Origin: an uncultured beta proteobacterium
GTDB taxonomy: Bacteria > Pseudomonadota > Gammaproteobacteria > Burkholderiales > JACQAP01
DNA length: 64,000 nucleotides
Direction of reading: 5' to 3'
Assembly (NCBI GenBank): GCA_963789945.1
Contig: CAWBMN010000018.1
Location: 105,156-169,155 of the forward strand
In this document: piece after piece, positions 47,161 to 56,733 of the stretch
Numbering within the stretch: position 1 is the stretch's first letter
How the letters are laid out: each line of letters begins with the position of its first letter
Translations under genes and position numbers: made by a program
Notes under the pieces: generated by a model
Told to the model about the DNA's origin: nothing
Database searches by the model: none
Seen by the model: only the letters and a program-made list of their open reading frames with translations

Positions 47161-48860
47161 CAGTCTTCCAGTTGCGTGCTGACGCGCATCGCCTCTTCGA
47201 CCGTGGTACGTCCGCTGATCACCAACTGCGCGGCGTGATCCGTCAGCATCCGTCCTTCCATCTGTGCGCGGGCAGCCTCGACGAAGCGCTCCGGTTCCGG
47301 CCGATTGGCGGCCTCGACCACCGGGCGCGTCATCTCCAGCATTTCGTACACGCCGGTGCGTCCCAGGTAGCCGGTGCCATTGCATTGCGAGCAGCCACGG
47401 CCCTTATGGTAGGTATGCCCGTCCACCGCCGCGCCGATATGGCTGCGCATCCACTCGTGCTCGGTTGCGAGCAACTCGTGATTCTGCGCGCAGCTTTCGC
47501 AAATGATGCGCACCAGGCGTTGGGCCACCACCACCTGCAGCGACATGGCGACCATGTAACGCGGCGCTCCCATGTCCAGCAGCCGGATTGGCGTGCTGAC
47601 GGCGTCGTTGGTGTGAAGGGTGGACAACACCATGTGACCGGTCATCGCCGCGCGCAGACCGGTTTCCACCGTGCCCTGATCGCGCATTTCCCCGACCAGG
47701 ATCACGTCCGGGTCCTGGCGCAGCGCGGTGCGCAGCACCCGCGCAAAAGTCAGTTCGATCTTTTCGTGGATCTGCACCTGGTTGATTCCGGGCAGCCGGT
47801 ACTCGACCGGGTCTTCGACGGTAATAATCTTGCGTTCCGGCGTATTGAGTTCGTCCAGCGCGGCGTACAGCGTGGTGGTCTTGCCACTGCCCGTGGGGCC
47901 GGTGACCAGCACCATGCCGCTGGGCCGGTGGATGATCTGGCGCAGCTTTCCCAGCATCTCTTCCGGCATGCCCAGGCGCTCCAATCCGAGCAGGCCGCCG
48001 CTCTGATTGAGCAGGCGCATGACCGCGGATTCCCCGTGCTGGGTGGGCATCGTCGAAATGCGCACGTCGATCTGGGCATTGCGGACTCTGATGTTGAAGC
48101 GTCCGTCCTGCGGCAGGCGCTTCTCGGAAATGTCCAGTCCCGACATCAGCTTCAGCCGCAACACCAGCGCCGGCGCGATTTTCGGGTCTGACTCCGCCTG
48201 CATGTGCAGCACCCCGTCTATGCGGAAGCGGATCAGCAGCTTCTTTTCCTGTGGCTCGATGTGGATGTCGGATGCGCGCACCTGCACGGCATCCTCGAAC
48301 ACCGACTGCAGCAGCTTGACCACGGGCGCATCCTCAACCCCCGCGGTGATGCCGAGTGCGGCGAAATCGATCGCGTCGCCCAGTTCATCACCGAGTTCCT
48401 GCGCCAGCCCGGTGATCTCCCCGGTGCGCCGGTACACGCGGTCAATGGTCTGCAGCAGCAGCGACTCACTTACCACCGCCAGCTGGATGTCGCGCTTGAG
48501 CACGCGGGTGATTTCGTCATACCCGAAGAGATCGGTCGGATCCGCCATGCCCACCCGGAAGAACGCGCCGGTATCTTCGAGCACGATGGCTCGGAATCGT
48601 CGCGCCAGGGTCTCCGGCAGCCGGTTGGCGACTTCGGGCTTGATGTTGAAATGCTTGAGGTCGATGAAGGGAACCTGGATCTGGCGCGCCAGCGCACCCC
48701 CAATCTGCTCTTCGGTTAGAAAACCCGAATCGATCAAAATGCGGCCGAGTTTGCGCCCACTGCGCTTCTGTTCCTCGAGCGCCGCCTTGAGTTGGTTCTC
48801 GGCAAGCAAGTTCTGCTGGAGAAGAATCTCCCCCAGCCTGATTTTTTCGGGTCTACCCAT
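47160..48860 (-). CDS. mshE: MSHA-type pilus extension ATPase (GspE/PilB family) with an MshEN N-terminal domain
   Basis: Walker A GPTGSGKTTT, Asp and His boxes, tetracysteine CESC...CSQCNGTG. Tandem RLG/KLG 24-residue motifs at the N-terminus. Confidence 0.92.
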   Translation of the reverse strand: MGRPEKIRLGEILLQQNLLAENQLKAALEEQKRSGRKLGRILIDSGFLTEEQIGGALARQIQVPFIDLKHFNIKPEVANRLPETLARRFRAIVLEDTGAFFRVGMADPTDLFGYDEITRVLKRDIQLAVVSESLLLQTIDRVYRRTGEITGLAQELGDELGDAIDFAALGITAGVEDAPVVKLLQSVFEDAVQVRASDIHIEPQEKKLLIRFRIDGVLHMQAESDPKIAPALVLRLKLMSGLDISEKRLPQDGRFNIRVRNAQIDVRISTMPTQHGESAVMRLLNQSGGLLGLERLGMPEEMLGKLRQIIHRPSGMVLVTGPTGSGKTTTLYAALDELNTPERKIITVEDPVEYRLPGINQVQIHEKIELTFARVLRTALRQDPDVILVGEMRDQGTVETGLRAAMTGHMVLSTLHTNDAVSTPIRLLDMGAPRYMVAMSLQVVVAQRLVRIICESCAQNHELLATEHEWMRSHIGAAVDGHTYHKGRGCSQCNGTGYLGRTGVYEMLEMTRPVVEAANRPEPERFVEAARAQMEGRMLTDHAAQLVISGRTTVEEAMRVSTQLED

Positions 48861-48967
48861 TCCGCTTCGCGATTCCGATGATTCGCACTTTCTAGGTCAC
48901 TTGAGGTTTTATTTGCAGTCTGTTGAATTAGCAGATTAAACTGTAAACGTTACCAAGTGCAAGCAAA

Positions 48968-49435
48968 ATGTTCGATATCGTCCTGTACCAACCTGAAATA
49001 CCGCCCAACACCGGCAACGTCATCCGGCTGTGCGCCAATACCGGCTGCCGGCTACACCTGATCGAGCCGCTGGGATTCCAGATGGACGATCGCCAACTGA
49101 AGCGGGCCGGGCTGGATTACCACGAATACGCCCGGGTTCAGGTGCATCAGGAATGGGGCGCCTTTCTGGCGACCGTTGCCTCGAGCCGCCGATTCGCCTT
49201 TAGCGCCAAGGCTGGCAACCGCTACGATCAGGTCGGATTTCGAGTTGGCGACGTGCTGGTATTCGGTCCGGAGACGAGCGGCTTGCCGGAAACAGTAAGA
49301 GCAAGCTTTGACGCGCAAAGGCAGCTGCGTTTGCCGATGGTGCCGGCCAGCCGCAGTCTGAATCTGTCCAATTCAGTCGCGGTGGTGGTCTACGAGGCGT
49401 GGCGGCAGAACGGTTTCATGGGCGCCAACAGTTAG
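48968..49435 (+). CDS. trmL: tRNA (cytidine/uridine-2'-O)-methyltransferase
   Basis: SpoU/TrmL sequence [26 protein letters not shown]...[15 protein letters not shown]. Confidence 0.93.
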   Translation: MFDIVLYQPEIPPNTGNVIRLCANTGCRLHLIEPLGFQMDDRQLKRAGLDYHEYARVQVHQEWGAFLATVASSRRFAFSAKAGNRYDQVGFRVGDVLVFGPETSGLPETVRASFDAQRQLRLPMVPASRSLNLSNSVAVVVYEAWRQNGFMGANS

Positions 49436-50424
49436 CGCACACTTTCGGGCTTGGATTCGCGCTGCAGCAGCTCTTCCACCGCGTCCCGGGCAGCGACGTG
49501 GCCGTCCAGGACACGGCAGACCGCGCGGGTAATGGGCATGTCGACATCCAGTTCCTGAGCCAGCCGGTGGACCTCACGGGCGCTGAACACGCCTTCGGCG
49601 ACGTGGCCGAGATCGCCCAGGATGTCCGGCAGGTGCCGTCCGCTTGCAAGTCCCAGACCGACCCTTCGGTTGCGCGAAAGGTCGGAGGTCGCCGTCAATA
49701 TCAGGTCGCCGGCACCTGCCAATCCCATGAAGGTCTCCAGCCGTCCGCCGAGTCGCATGCCGAGTCGGGTTGTTTCCGCCAGCCCGCGGGTTATCAGCGC
49801 TGCGCGTGCGCTGGAACCGAGCTTGAGGCCGTCGCAAATCCCTGCGGCAATGGCAATCACGTTCTTGACCGCCCCGCCGGTCTCGACGCCGGCAAGATCA
49901 TCGCTGGAGTACACGCGCAGGCGCCCGGTATGCAGTTCGCGCGCGGCGGCGGCCGCAAATTCGGCATCGTGCGAAGCAAGCGTGACCGCGGCCGGCAGCC
50001 CGCGCGCAACTTCATCGGCGAAACTCGGTCCCGACAGCGCTCCGAAGCGGAAGCGCTCACCCAGTTCCTCGCCGGCGACCTGATGCGGAAATTTGGCGCT
50101 GCCGCTCTCGAAACCCTTGCACAGCCAGACCACGTCCAATGCGCGTTTCTGTTGCGCGACGCGACACACGGTCTCGCGCAGCGCGGCGGTGGGAACAGCA
50201 ACGATGACTAGTTCGCATGACTGCAACACGGCGTCGGCATCGGCAGCGATTTGAACGGTGTCAGGAATGACGATGTCGGGGAGATAGCGGGCGTTGACCC
50301 GCGTGGCGGCGAGTTGGCCCCCCTGTAGCGAATCGCGGCACCACAGCGTGATCGCGTGGCGCGGTGCAAGCGCGATGCCGAGCGCCGTGCCCCACGCGCC
50401 GGCACCGAGGATGGCGACTCTCAT
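49432..50424 (-). CDS. gpsA: NAD(P)H-dependent glycerol-3-phosphate dehydrogenase
   Basis: [16 protein letters not shown] Rossmann motif and the [15 protein letters not shown]-type regions. Confidence 0.95.
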   Translation of the reverse strand: MRVAILGAGAWGTALGIALAPRHAITLWCRDSLQGGQLAATRVNARYLPDIVIPDTVQIAADADAVLQSCELVIVAVPTAALRETVCRVAQQKRALDVVWLCKGFESGSAKFPHQVAGEELGERFRFGALSGPSFADEVARGLPAAVTLASHDAEFAAAAARELHTGRLRVYSSDDLAGVETGGAVKNVIAIAAGICDGLKLGSSARAALITRGLAETTRLGMRLGGRLETFMGLAGAGDLILTATSDLSRNRRVGLGLASGRHLPDILGDLGHVAEGVFSAREVHRLAQELDVDMPITRAVCRVLDGHVAARDAVEELLQRESKPESVR

Positions 50425-50867
50425 ACGCCCCAGAGCTGGCTGACCCTGATGAAGCCGACCGCACCGTCCGGGTGACGTACCTTGACCCAGCCAGCGGTGA
50501 ATTGGAGAAACTCAAGCACCACGCCTTTTTCGGCAGTGAACGCCAGCGCAGCCGCATCGCTGGCCGACTGGCGCGCCTCCGCGCCGGAAGACTTGACCAG
50601 TACTGTGCGGCGCTCGGACAACTGGCGGTTTTCTATCCAGCCGAATTCGCCGGTGTCGTCGCGCACCCTGGTCCATCCTTCGACCTTGACCACCACTTCC
50701 ACCGGGTAATCGCGGGACAGCAGAAAGAGTTTCTGTGCCTTGGTCGAGGGCGCATCGTAAAGAATTGCCGCTGAGTCCGCCACCGAGAGGAAGTCCAGCG
50801 CAAGCGCAGCCGCAGACCAGAGCAGCAGCCCCGCCAGAAACCCGCCTTGCAGCAGCGCACGCGACAT
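50421..50867 (-). CDS. Exported SH3b domain-containing protein
   Basis: Start re-picked at MSRALLQGGFLAGLLLWSAAALA (signal peptide). Two SH3-like segments (GWTRVRD, GWVKVRH). Confidence 0.6.
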   Translation of the reverse strand: MSRALLQGGFLAGLLLWSAAALALDFLSVADSAAILYDAPSTKAQKLFLLSRDYPVEVVVKVEGWTRVRDDTGEFGWIENRQLSERRTVLVKSSGAEARQSASDAAALAFTAEKGVVLEFLQFTAGWVKVRHPDGAVGFIRVSQLWGV

Positions 50868-50877
50868 GTCGAAAAGG

Positions 50878-51336
50878 CTAATGCGTGGCGCCCTCGGGCG
50901 CCTGCGTCTGGCCTTGTTGCCGGGCATGAAAGATTGCTTCGAAATTCACCGGGCTCAACACTACCGGCGGGAAGCCGGCGCGCACCACCGCGTCCGAAAC
51001 CACTTCGCGCACATAGGGGTAAAGGATGTTCGGGCAGGTGACGCCAAGCACCGGCTCGATCTCCGCCTGCGGCAGGTTGCGGATCTGGAACACTCCGCCC
51101 TGGCTCACCTCCACCAGGAACATGGTCTTGTCGCCGACCTTGGCGGTCACAGTCACCGTCAACAGTACCTCGAAGTAGCCGTCGTCGATCGGGCTGGCGC
51201 TGTTGTTCATCTGGATCTCGACCTGCGGCGCCTCCCGCTCCAGGTAAATGCGCGGCGCATTGGGCACTTCCAGTGACAGATCCTTGACGAACAGCTTCTC
51301 GATGGAAAAGACCGGCTGAGTGGGTTGTTGGCTCAT
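50878..51336 (-). CDS. secB: Protein-export chaperone
   Basis: FSIEKLFVKDLSLEVPNAP...CPNILYPYVRE, characteristic of SecB. Confidence 0.93.
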   Translation of the reverse strand: MSQQPTQPVFSIEKLFVKDLSLEVPNAPRIYLEREAPQVEIQMNNSASPIDDGYFEVLLTVTVTAKVGDKTMFLVEVSQGGVFQIRNLPQAEIEPVLGVTCPNILYPYVREVVSDAVVRAGFPPVVLSPVNFEAIFHARQQGQTQAPEGATH

Positions 51337-51361
51337 GATTTGTGTACTCTTGGTTTGCAGG

Positions 51362-51649
51362 TCATGCGGCGTGGCCGCGGGGGACTCCGGCTTCTTTAGC
51401 CAGCATCGGGTCGAGTTTTCCGGCGCGGTCCAGCTCGGACAGTTCGTCGAAGCCCCCTACGTGAAACTCGCCGATGTAGATCTGCGGTACGGTCCGGCGC
51501 CCGCTTCTCTGCATCATTTCCGCGCGCCGCGCCGGCTCCAGATCGACGCGGATCTTTTCGATATCCAGCACGCCTTTGGTGGTAAGCAGCCGTTCCGCGG
51601 CTATACAGTAAGGACACCAGGCCGTGCAATACATGCTGATCCGCGGCAT
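51362..51649 (-). CDS. grxC: Glutaredoxin 3
   Basis: CPYC active site, TVPQIYIG and GGFDEL motifs. Confidence 0.93.
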   Translation of the reverse strand: MPRISMYCTAWCPYCIAAERLLTTKGVLDIEKIRVDLEPARRAEMMQRSGRRTVPQIYIGEFHVGGFDELSELDRAGKLDPMLAKEAGVPRGHAA

Positions 51650-52060
51650 CTACTTCTCCACCGGAAGATTGGCCTGTTGCCAGGCTCCGAACCCACCAGA
51701 CAAGACCACCACGTCGCCAAAGCCGGCTTTCTTCAGCGCCGAAGTGGCGGCATGGGAGCGGCTGCCGGTCTGGCAGGTCACTACCACCGGCCGGCTTTTG
51801 AACTTCTCGATTTCGCCGAGGCGCTTGTCGAGCTGGCCCAACGGCACGTTCTTCGCGTTCGGTGCATGCCCGGAACTGAATTCGGCCGGCTCGCGCACGT
51901 CCAGCATCACCGCGTCCTTGCGGTTGATCAGTTGCACCGCCTCGAGTGGGCCAACTTCGGCAGCCCCGCTCAAACGCCGGCTGATCCAAGGCCAGACCAG
52001 AACCCCGCCACTTGCCAGCGCGGTCAACACCAGCCAGATATTGTCCTGAATGAACTTCAA
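51650..52060 (-). CDS. Membrane-anchored single-domain rhodanese
   Basis: TTG start after AAGGA. N-terminal TM. Active-site loop CQTGSRS. The track ORF to 52303 is an extension. Confidence 0.8.
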   Translation of the reverse strand: MKFIQDNIWLVLTALASGGVLVWPWISRRLSGAAEVGPLEAVQLINRKDAVMLDVREPAEFSSGHAPNAKNVPLGQLDKRLGEIEKFKSRPVVVTCQTGSRSHAATSALKKAGFGDVVVLSGGFGAWQQANLPVEK

Positions 52061-52212
52061 TTCGATTCCTTTACGCTTGCTGTCATTGTGTACTGAATCA
52101 GGTTCGTCATGCCTTTGCACTGCCCGCCGCCATGGATTGCATTTGCCGGACGACTCCGCCACGGTCCGACGGATAATTTGCCTCCGCGAGAACCTACTGG
52201 GCTCGCGCCGCC

Positions 52213-52242
52213 TCCTGATCGCCCTTGGCCCTTCCTGATCGC
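52213..52242. repeat. Two exact TCCTGATCGC 10-mers in direct orientation, starts 20 bp apart
   Basis: Read directly at 52213..52222 and 52233..52242, inside a 316-nt ORF-free divergent intergenic region. Confidence 0.5.
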
Positions 52243-52376
52243 GAAACCTGAAACGAGGCGTCCGCCTACGTTGCAGGCAACCCTGGGCAAGACGGCGCGA
52301 CACGCGCCCAAGCCAATACTACAATTCTAACTGCGATGCGCAGGCTCCCCGCATATTTCATTTCTGATTGCTCCGC

Positions 52377-53126
52377 ATGAAAAAAATCGTACTGCTCCGC
52401 CACGGCGAAAGTGTGTGGAACAAGGACAACCGCTTCACCGGCTGGACCGATGTGGACCTGTCGGAAAAGGGCCTGATCGAGGCGCGCGAGGCCGGCTTGC
52501 TCCTCAAGGAGGCCGGGTTCAGTTTCGACCTCGCGCTGGGCTCCGTGCTCAAGCGCGCCATCCGCACCATGTGGATTGTGCTCGACGAGCTGGACCTGAT
52601 GTGGATCCCGCAACAGCTTTCCTGGCGCCTCAATGAGCGTCACTATGGCGCGCTGCAGGGCCTGAACAAGGCCGAGATGGCGGCGCAGTATGGAGAGGAG
52701 CAAATCCTGGTTTGGCGCCGCAGCTACGACGTCGCACCGCCGCCGCTTGAGCGCAGCGATCCGCGCTACCCGGGCAACGACCCGCGCTACCGCGGCATGA
52801 AGGCAAGCGAGATTCCGCTCAGCGAATGCCTCAAGGATACGGTGGCGCGTTTCCTGCCGTACTGGAACGATGTGATCGCCCCGCAGGTCCAAACTGGCAG
52901 GCGCGTGATCGTGGTCGCGCATGGCAACGCCATCCGCGCTCTGGTGAAGTACCTCGACAACGTGTCGGAGAAGGACATCGTGGCACTGAACATTCCGACC
53001 GGCATTCCGCTGGTGTACGAGCTCGACGACCAACTGAAGCCGCTCTCCAGTTACTACCTCGGCGACCAGGAGAAGGCGAAGCAAGCCGCCGCCGCAGTAG
53101 CGGCGCAGGCGCGCGCCGGAACCTGA
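52377..53126 (+). CDS. gpmA: 2,3-bisphosphoglycerate-dependent phosphoglycerate mutase
   Basis: [23 protein letters not shown] and the RHYG and HGN motifs. Confidence 0.95.
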   Translation: MKKIVLLRHGESVWNKDNRFTGWTDVDLSEKGLIEAREAGLLLKEAGFSFDLALGSVLKRAIRTMWIVLDELDLMWIPQQLSWRLNERHYGALQGLNKAEMAAQYGEEQILVWRRSYDVAPPPLERSDPRYPGNDPRYRGMKASEIPLSECLKDTVARFLPYWNDVIAPQVQTGRRVIVVAHGNAIRALVKYLDNVSEKDIVALNIPTGIPLVYELDDQLKPLSSYYLGDQEKAKQAAAAVAAQARAGT

Positions 53127-53137
53127 GCCCGGAGCGC

Positions 53138-54334
53138 GTGCAACGACCCGCATCACTCGTTCTTGTTGCTGCTGAGGCCAGCGTGGCGTTGTTGTTTGCG
53201 CTTGCCGCCCTTGCCGCTCCGGCTCAGGCCGCGCCGAAGGAAGAGCTCGAGGAACTGCGCGGCCGCATCGGGGAGCTGCAGAAACAACTCGCGGATTCCG
53301 AAGAGTCGAAGGCCGAGGCTGGCGACGCACTCAGGGAATCCGAGCGGGCGGTCAGCGAAACCAACCGCAAGCTTTATCAACTCGCGGAACAGCGGCGCCA
53401 GGTTAACGCCGCCCTGACCAAGTTGCGTTCGCGGGCGCGCACGGTCGAAGCCGATATCGCCGCAGAGCAGGCCACGCTGAGCAATCTGCTTTACCAGCAA
53501 TACGTGACCGGCCAGTCGGACGCGGTCAAGCTCGTGCTCAATCGCGAGGATCCCAACGAAATTGCGCGCCAACTGCACTACCTGGGCTACGTGTCCCGCG
53601 CCCGCGCCGAACTGCTGGCGAGCCTCAGGTACAACCTCGCGAATCTCGAGAAGCTTGCGGACGAAACCCGCGACAAGAGCGCTGAACTGCGGGCGCTGCA
53701 GAACGAAGAGGCAAGCCAGAAACGCCGGCTGGAGAAGGAAAAGGCCGAGCGCCAGCAAGTCTATGCCCGCGTTTCCAGCGAGATCACCCAAAGCCGCAAG
53801 CAGTTGTCAACGCTCAAGCGGGATGAGGAGCGCCTGACTCGCCTGATCGAGCGCCTCGCCAAGGAAGTCGCCCGCAAGAAACCGGGTAAGCGCATCACCA
53901 ACCAGGCGCTACCGAGTGCTGATTCGGGATCCGGGCCGTTCCGCAAGCTCAAGGGCAAGCTGAGATTGCCCGTGCTCGGGGAACTCATGAACCGTTTCGG
54001 CAGCCAAAGGAAGGACAGTGGATTGTCGTGGAAGGGTTTGTTCATCTCCGCCGAGCCGGGCCGGGAGGTCAAGGCCATTGCGGGCGGCCGTGTGGTATAT
54101 GCGGACTGGCTGCGCGGTTTCGGCAATCTCATGATCGTGGATCACGGCGACGGCTACATGAGCCTGTACGGCAACAACGAGGCGTTGCTCAAACAGGTGG
54201 GCGACGAGACCCGAGCCGGCGACACCATTGCGGCCATCGGCAACAGCGGCGGTAACCCCGATTCAGGTTTATACTTCGAACTCAGATATCAGGGAAAACC
54301 CTTCGACCCGCTGCCTTGGGTGACGTTGAAGTAA
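53138..54334 (+). CDS. Murein hydrolase activator, coiled-coil plus M23/LytM domain (EnvC-like)
   Basis: GTG start before signal peptide LVLVAAEASVALLFALAALAAPAQA. Long coiled coil. C-terminal LytM domain (GNLMIVDHGDGYMSLYG). The track ORF start 52826 lies inside gpmA. Confidence 0.85.
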   Translation: MQRPASLVLVAAEASVALLFALAALAAPAQAAPKEELEELRGRIGELQKQLADSEESKAEAGDALRESERAVSETNRKLYQLAEQRRQVNAALTKLRSRARTVEADIAAEQATLSNLLYQQYVTGQSDAVKLVLNREDPNEIARQLHYLGYVSRARAELLASLRYNLANLEKLADETRDKSAELRALQNEEASQKRRLEKEKAERQQVYARVSSEITQSRKQLSTLKRDEERLTRLIERLAKEVARKKPGKRITNQALPSADSGSGPFRKLKGKLRLPVLGELMNRFGSQRKDSGLSWKGLFISAEPGREVKAIAGGRVVYADWLRGFGNLMIVDHGDGYMSLYGNNEALLKQVGDETRAGDTIAAIGNSGGNPDSGLYFELRYQGKPFDPLPWVTLK

Positions 54335-54379
54335 GGTCACGAGTAGGGGCAACTCCCTGCATACAAAGGAGTAGTAAAG

Positions 54380-55783
54380 ATGCATAGCAGATTTCGGCAG
54401 GCCGGCCTGATCGTTCTGGGTGCGATCCTTGGTGTGCTGATCAGCCTCAACTTCTCCGCCGTGGCGCAGAAGGGCGCGGGTCCCCTGCCAATCGAGGACT
54501 TGCGCGCGTTTACCGAAGTCTTCGGACGGATCAAGAACGACTACGTCGAGGCGGTGGACGACAAGCGCCTCATTTCCGAGGCGATCAACGGCATGCTTTC
54601 CGGCCTGGACCCGCACTCGGCCTATCTGGATGCCGAAGCGTTTCGCGAGCTTCAGGTGGGCACACAGGGCGAGTTCGGCGGTCTCGGCATCGAAGTCGGC
54701 ATGGAAGACGGCTTCGTGAAAGTGGTCGCCCCTATCGAGGACACGCCGGCATGGCGCGCGGGACTAAAGTCCGGCGACCTGATCATCAAGCTCGACGACA
54801 CCAACGTGAAAGGCATGACGCTGAACGATGCGGTGAAGCGCATGCGTGGCAAGCCGGACACCCAGATTACGCTGACCTTTGTTCGCAAGGGCGACACCAA
54901 GCCGCGCGTGGTGGTACTGACCCGCGCGATCATCCAGATTCAGAGCGTCAAGTCGAAGCTGCTCGAGCCCGGCTACGCCTACTTCCGCGTTACCCAGTTC
55001 CAGGAACATAGCGCCGAGACGCTGGCCAAGGCTATCGACAAGCTTTTCAAGGAGAACCAGGGCCCGATGAAGGGCATCATCCTGGATCTGCGCAATGACC
55101 CCGGCGGTCTGCTCAACGGTGCGGTGGCGGTATCCGCGGCGTTTCTTCCAAACGATGCGCTGGTGGTGTACACCGAAGGCCGTACCGAAGACGCCAAAAT
55201 GAAGCTGTACGCGCGGCCCGAGTATTACCTGCGCGGCAGCAAAGACGACTATCTGAAGAAGCTGCCCAAGGAAGTGAAAACGCTGCCGATGGTGGTGCTG
55301 GTCAACAGCGGCTCCGCTTCCGCTTCGGAGATCGTGGCGGGGGCGCTGCAGGACCATAAGCGCGCGGTGGTGATGGGCACGCAAACCTTCGGCAAGGGTT
55401 CGGTGCAGACCATCCTGCCGCTCGGTAACGGCACCGCCATCAAGCTCACCACGGCACGTTATTTCACGCCGAACGGCCGCTCGATCCAGGCCAAGGGCAT
55501 CACGCCCGACATCGTGGTGGAAGAGGCGACCGTGACCGAGGGGGATGCCGCCATCAGGGTTCGCGAATCCGATCTGCAGCGCCACCTGACCAACCCGGAC
55601 GGCAGCGCCATCGAAAACAAACAGCCGGCGCCGCAGCCCCAATCGGCTGCGCCGGTGCCGGCGCCCAAGGCCGCCGAGAAGCCCGCCGACGAGAGTCCGC
55701 CCGATATCGTGTCCAAGAGCGATTACCAGCTCAATCAGGCGCTCAACCTGCTGAAGGGGCTGCAGATCATCAGCAAGAAATAA
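54380..55783 (+). CDS. ctpA: S41 carboxy-terminal processing protease
   Basis: PDZ domain (GGLGIEV...SGDLIIKLDD), catalytic region GSASASEI and K in TFGKGSVQT. Confidence 0.92.
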   Translation: MHSRFRQAGLIVLGAILGVLISLNFSAVAQKGAGPLPIEDLRAFTEVFGRIKNDYVEAVDDKRLISEAINGMLSGLDPHSAYLDAEAFRELQVGTQGEFGGLGIEVGMEDGFVKVVAPIEDTPAWRAGLKSGDLIIKLDDTNVKGMTLNDAVKRMRGKPDTQITLTFVRKGDTKPRVVVLTRAIIQIQSVKSKLLEPGYAYFRVTQFQEHSAETLAKAIDKLFKENQGPMKGIILDLRNDPGGLLNGAVAVSAAFLPNDALVVYTEGRTEDAKMKLYARPEYYLRGSKDDYLKKLPKEVKTLPMVVLVNSGSASASEIVAGALQDHKRAVVMGTQTFGKGSVQTILPLGNGTAIKLTTARYFTPNGRSIQAKGITPDIVVEEATVTEGDAAIRVRESDLQRHLTNPDGSAIENKQPAPQPQSAAPVPAPKAAEKPADESPPDIVSKSDYQLNQALNLLKGLQIISKK

Positions 55784-55808
55784 GCTGCCTCCCGAGCAAT
55801 CGATTGAC

Positions 55809-55837
55809 GGCAAGGCCCGCCCAGCGCGGGCCTTGCC
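55809..55837 (+). terminator. Strong 12-bp GC hairpin after ctp (no T-tract)
   Basis: GGCAAGGCCCGC-CCAGC-GCGGGCCTTGCC. With no U-run it may be an RNA-stability element or a weak terminator. Confidence 0.35.
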
Positions 55838-55845
55838 GCGTTAAG

Positions 55846-56664
55846 ATGGCCGCAAACTCCCTGGCCGCGATGAACGACAACCAGTTACTGCGCTACAGCC
55901 GCCACATTCTCCTGCCCGAGATCGGCATCGACGGGCAGGAGAAGCTGCTCGGCGCGCATGCCCTGCTGATCGGCGCCGGCGGACTGGGCGCGCCGGTGTC
56001 GCTGTATCTTGCAGCCAGCGGCGTGGGCCGCATCACCATCTGCGACCACGACGCGGTGGACCTCACCAACCTGCAGCGGCAGATCGTGCATGTCACCGAA
56101 TCGATCGGCAGGAAAAAAGTGGATTCCGCACGCGCGGCCCTCGCCCGCATCAATCCCGAAATTTCGATCGAGGCGATCGCCGAACGCGTGGCCGGCCCGC
56201 GGCTCGAGCAACTGGTGCAATCCGCCGACGTGGTGATCGATGCGACAGACAACTTCGCCACCCGCCACGCGATCAATCGCGCCTGCGTGAAGTTCGCGAA
56301 ACCGCTGGTATCTGGCGCCGGCGTGCGCTTCGACGGGCAGATCGCGGTGTTCGATTTGCGCCGCCAGGACAGCCCCTGTTATCACTGCCTGTTTCCGGAA
56401 AGCGGCGACGTAGAGGAAATGCGTTGCGCGGTGATGGGCGTGTTTGCGCCGCTGGTGGGCATTATCGGCTCCATGCAGGCGGCAGAAACATTGAAACTGC
56501 TGATGGGAATCGGCCGCGACCTGACAGGGCGGCTGCTACTGCTCGATGCGCTGACGATGGAATGGCGTAGCGTCAGGCTGAAGAAGGACTCTCAGTGCGC
56601 GGTCTGCGGCGGCGGCGACACCGCCCAGCGTGACTCGGCGGCGGCTTGCACCACGGATCGCTAG
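55846..56664 (+). CDS. moeB: Molybdopterin-synthase adenylyltransferase (HesA/MoeB/ThiF family)
   Basis: LRYSRHILLPEIG, GAGGLGAP nucleotide loop, CxxC pairs CYHC and CAVC. The start could be 55846 or 55870. Confidence 0.85.
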   Translation: MAANSLAAMNDNQLLRYSRHILLPEIGIDGQEKLLGAHALLIGAGGLGAPVSLYLAASGVGRITICDHDAVDLTNLQRQIVHVTESIGRKKVDSARAALARINPEISIEAIAERVAGPRLEQLVQSADVVIDATDNFATRHAINRACVKFAKPLVSGAGVRFDGQIAVFDLRRQDSPCYHCLFPESGDVEEMRCAVMGVFAPLVGIIGSMQAAETLKLLMGIGRDLTGRLLLLDALTMEWRSVRLKKDSQCAVCGGGDTAQRDSAAACTTDR

Positions 56665-56686
56665 GAATTTAGCAATTGGGCGATTA

Positions 56687-56733
56687 AGTGATTGGGTGAT
56701 TGAGTTACTGAATCACTTGATCACCCCATCACT
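56687..56733. terminator. Long imperfect inverted repeat between convergent genes (bidirectional terminator candidate)
   Basis: AGTGATTGGGTGATTGAGT-N9-ACTTGATCACCCCATCACT, 16 of 19 positions paired. Confidence 0.4.
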
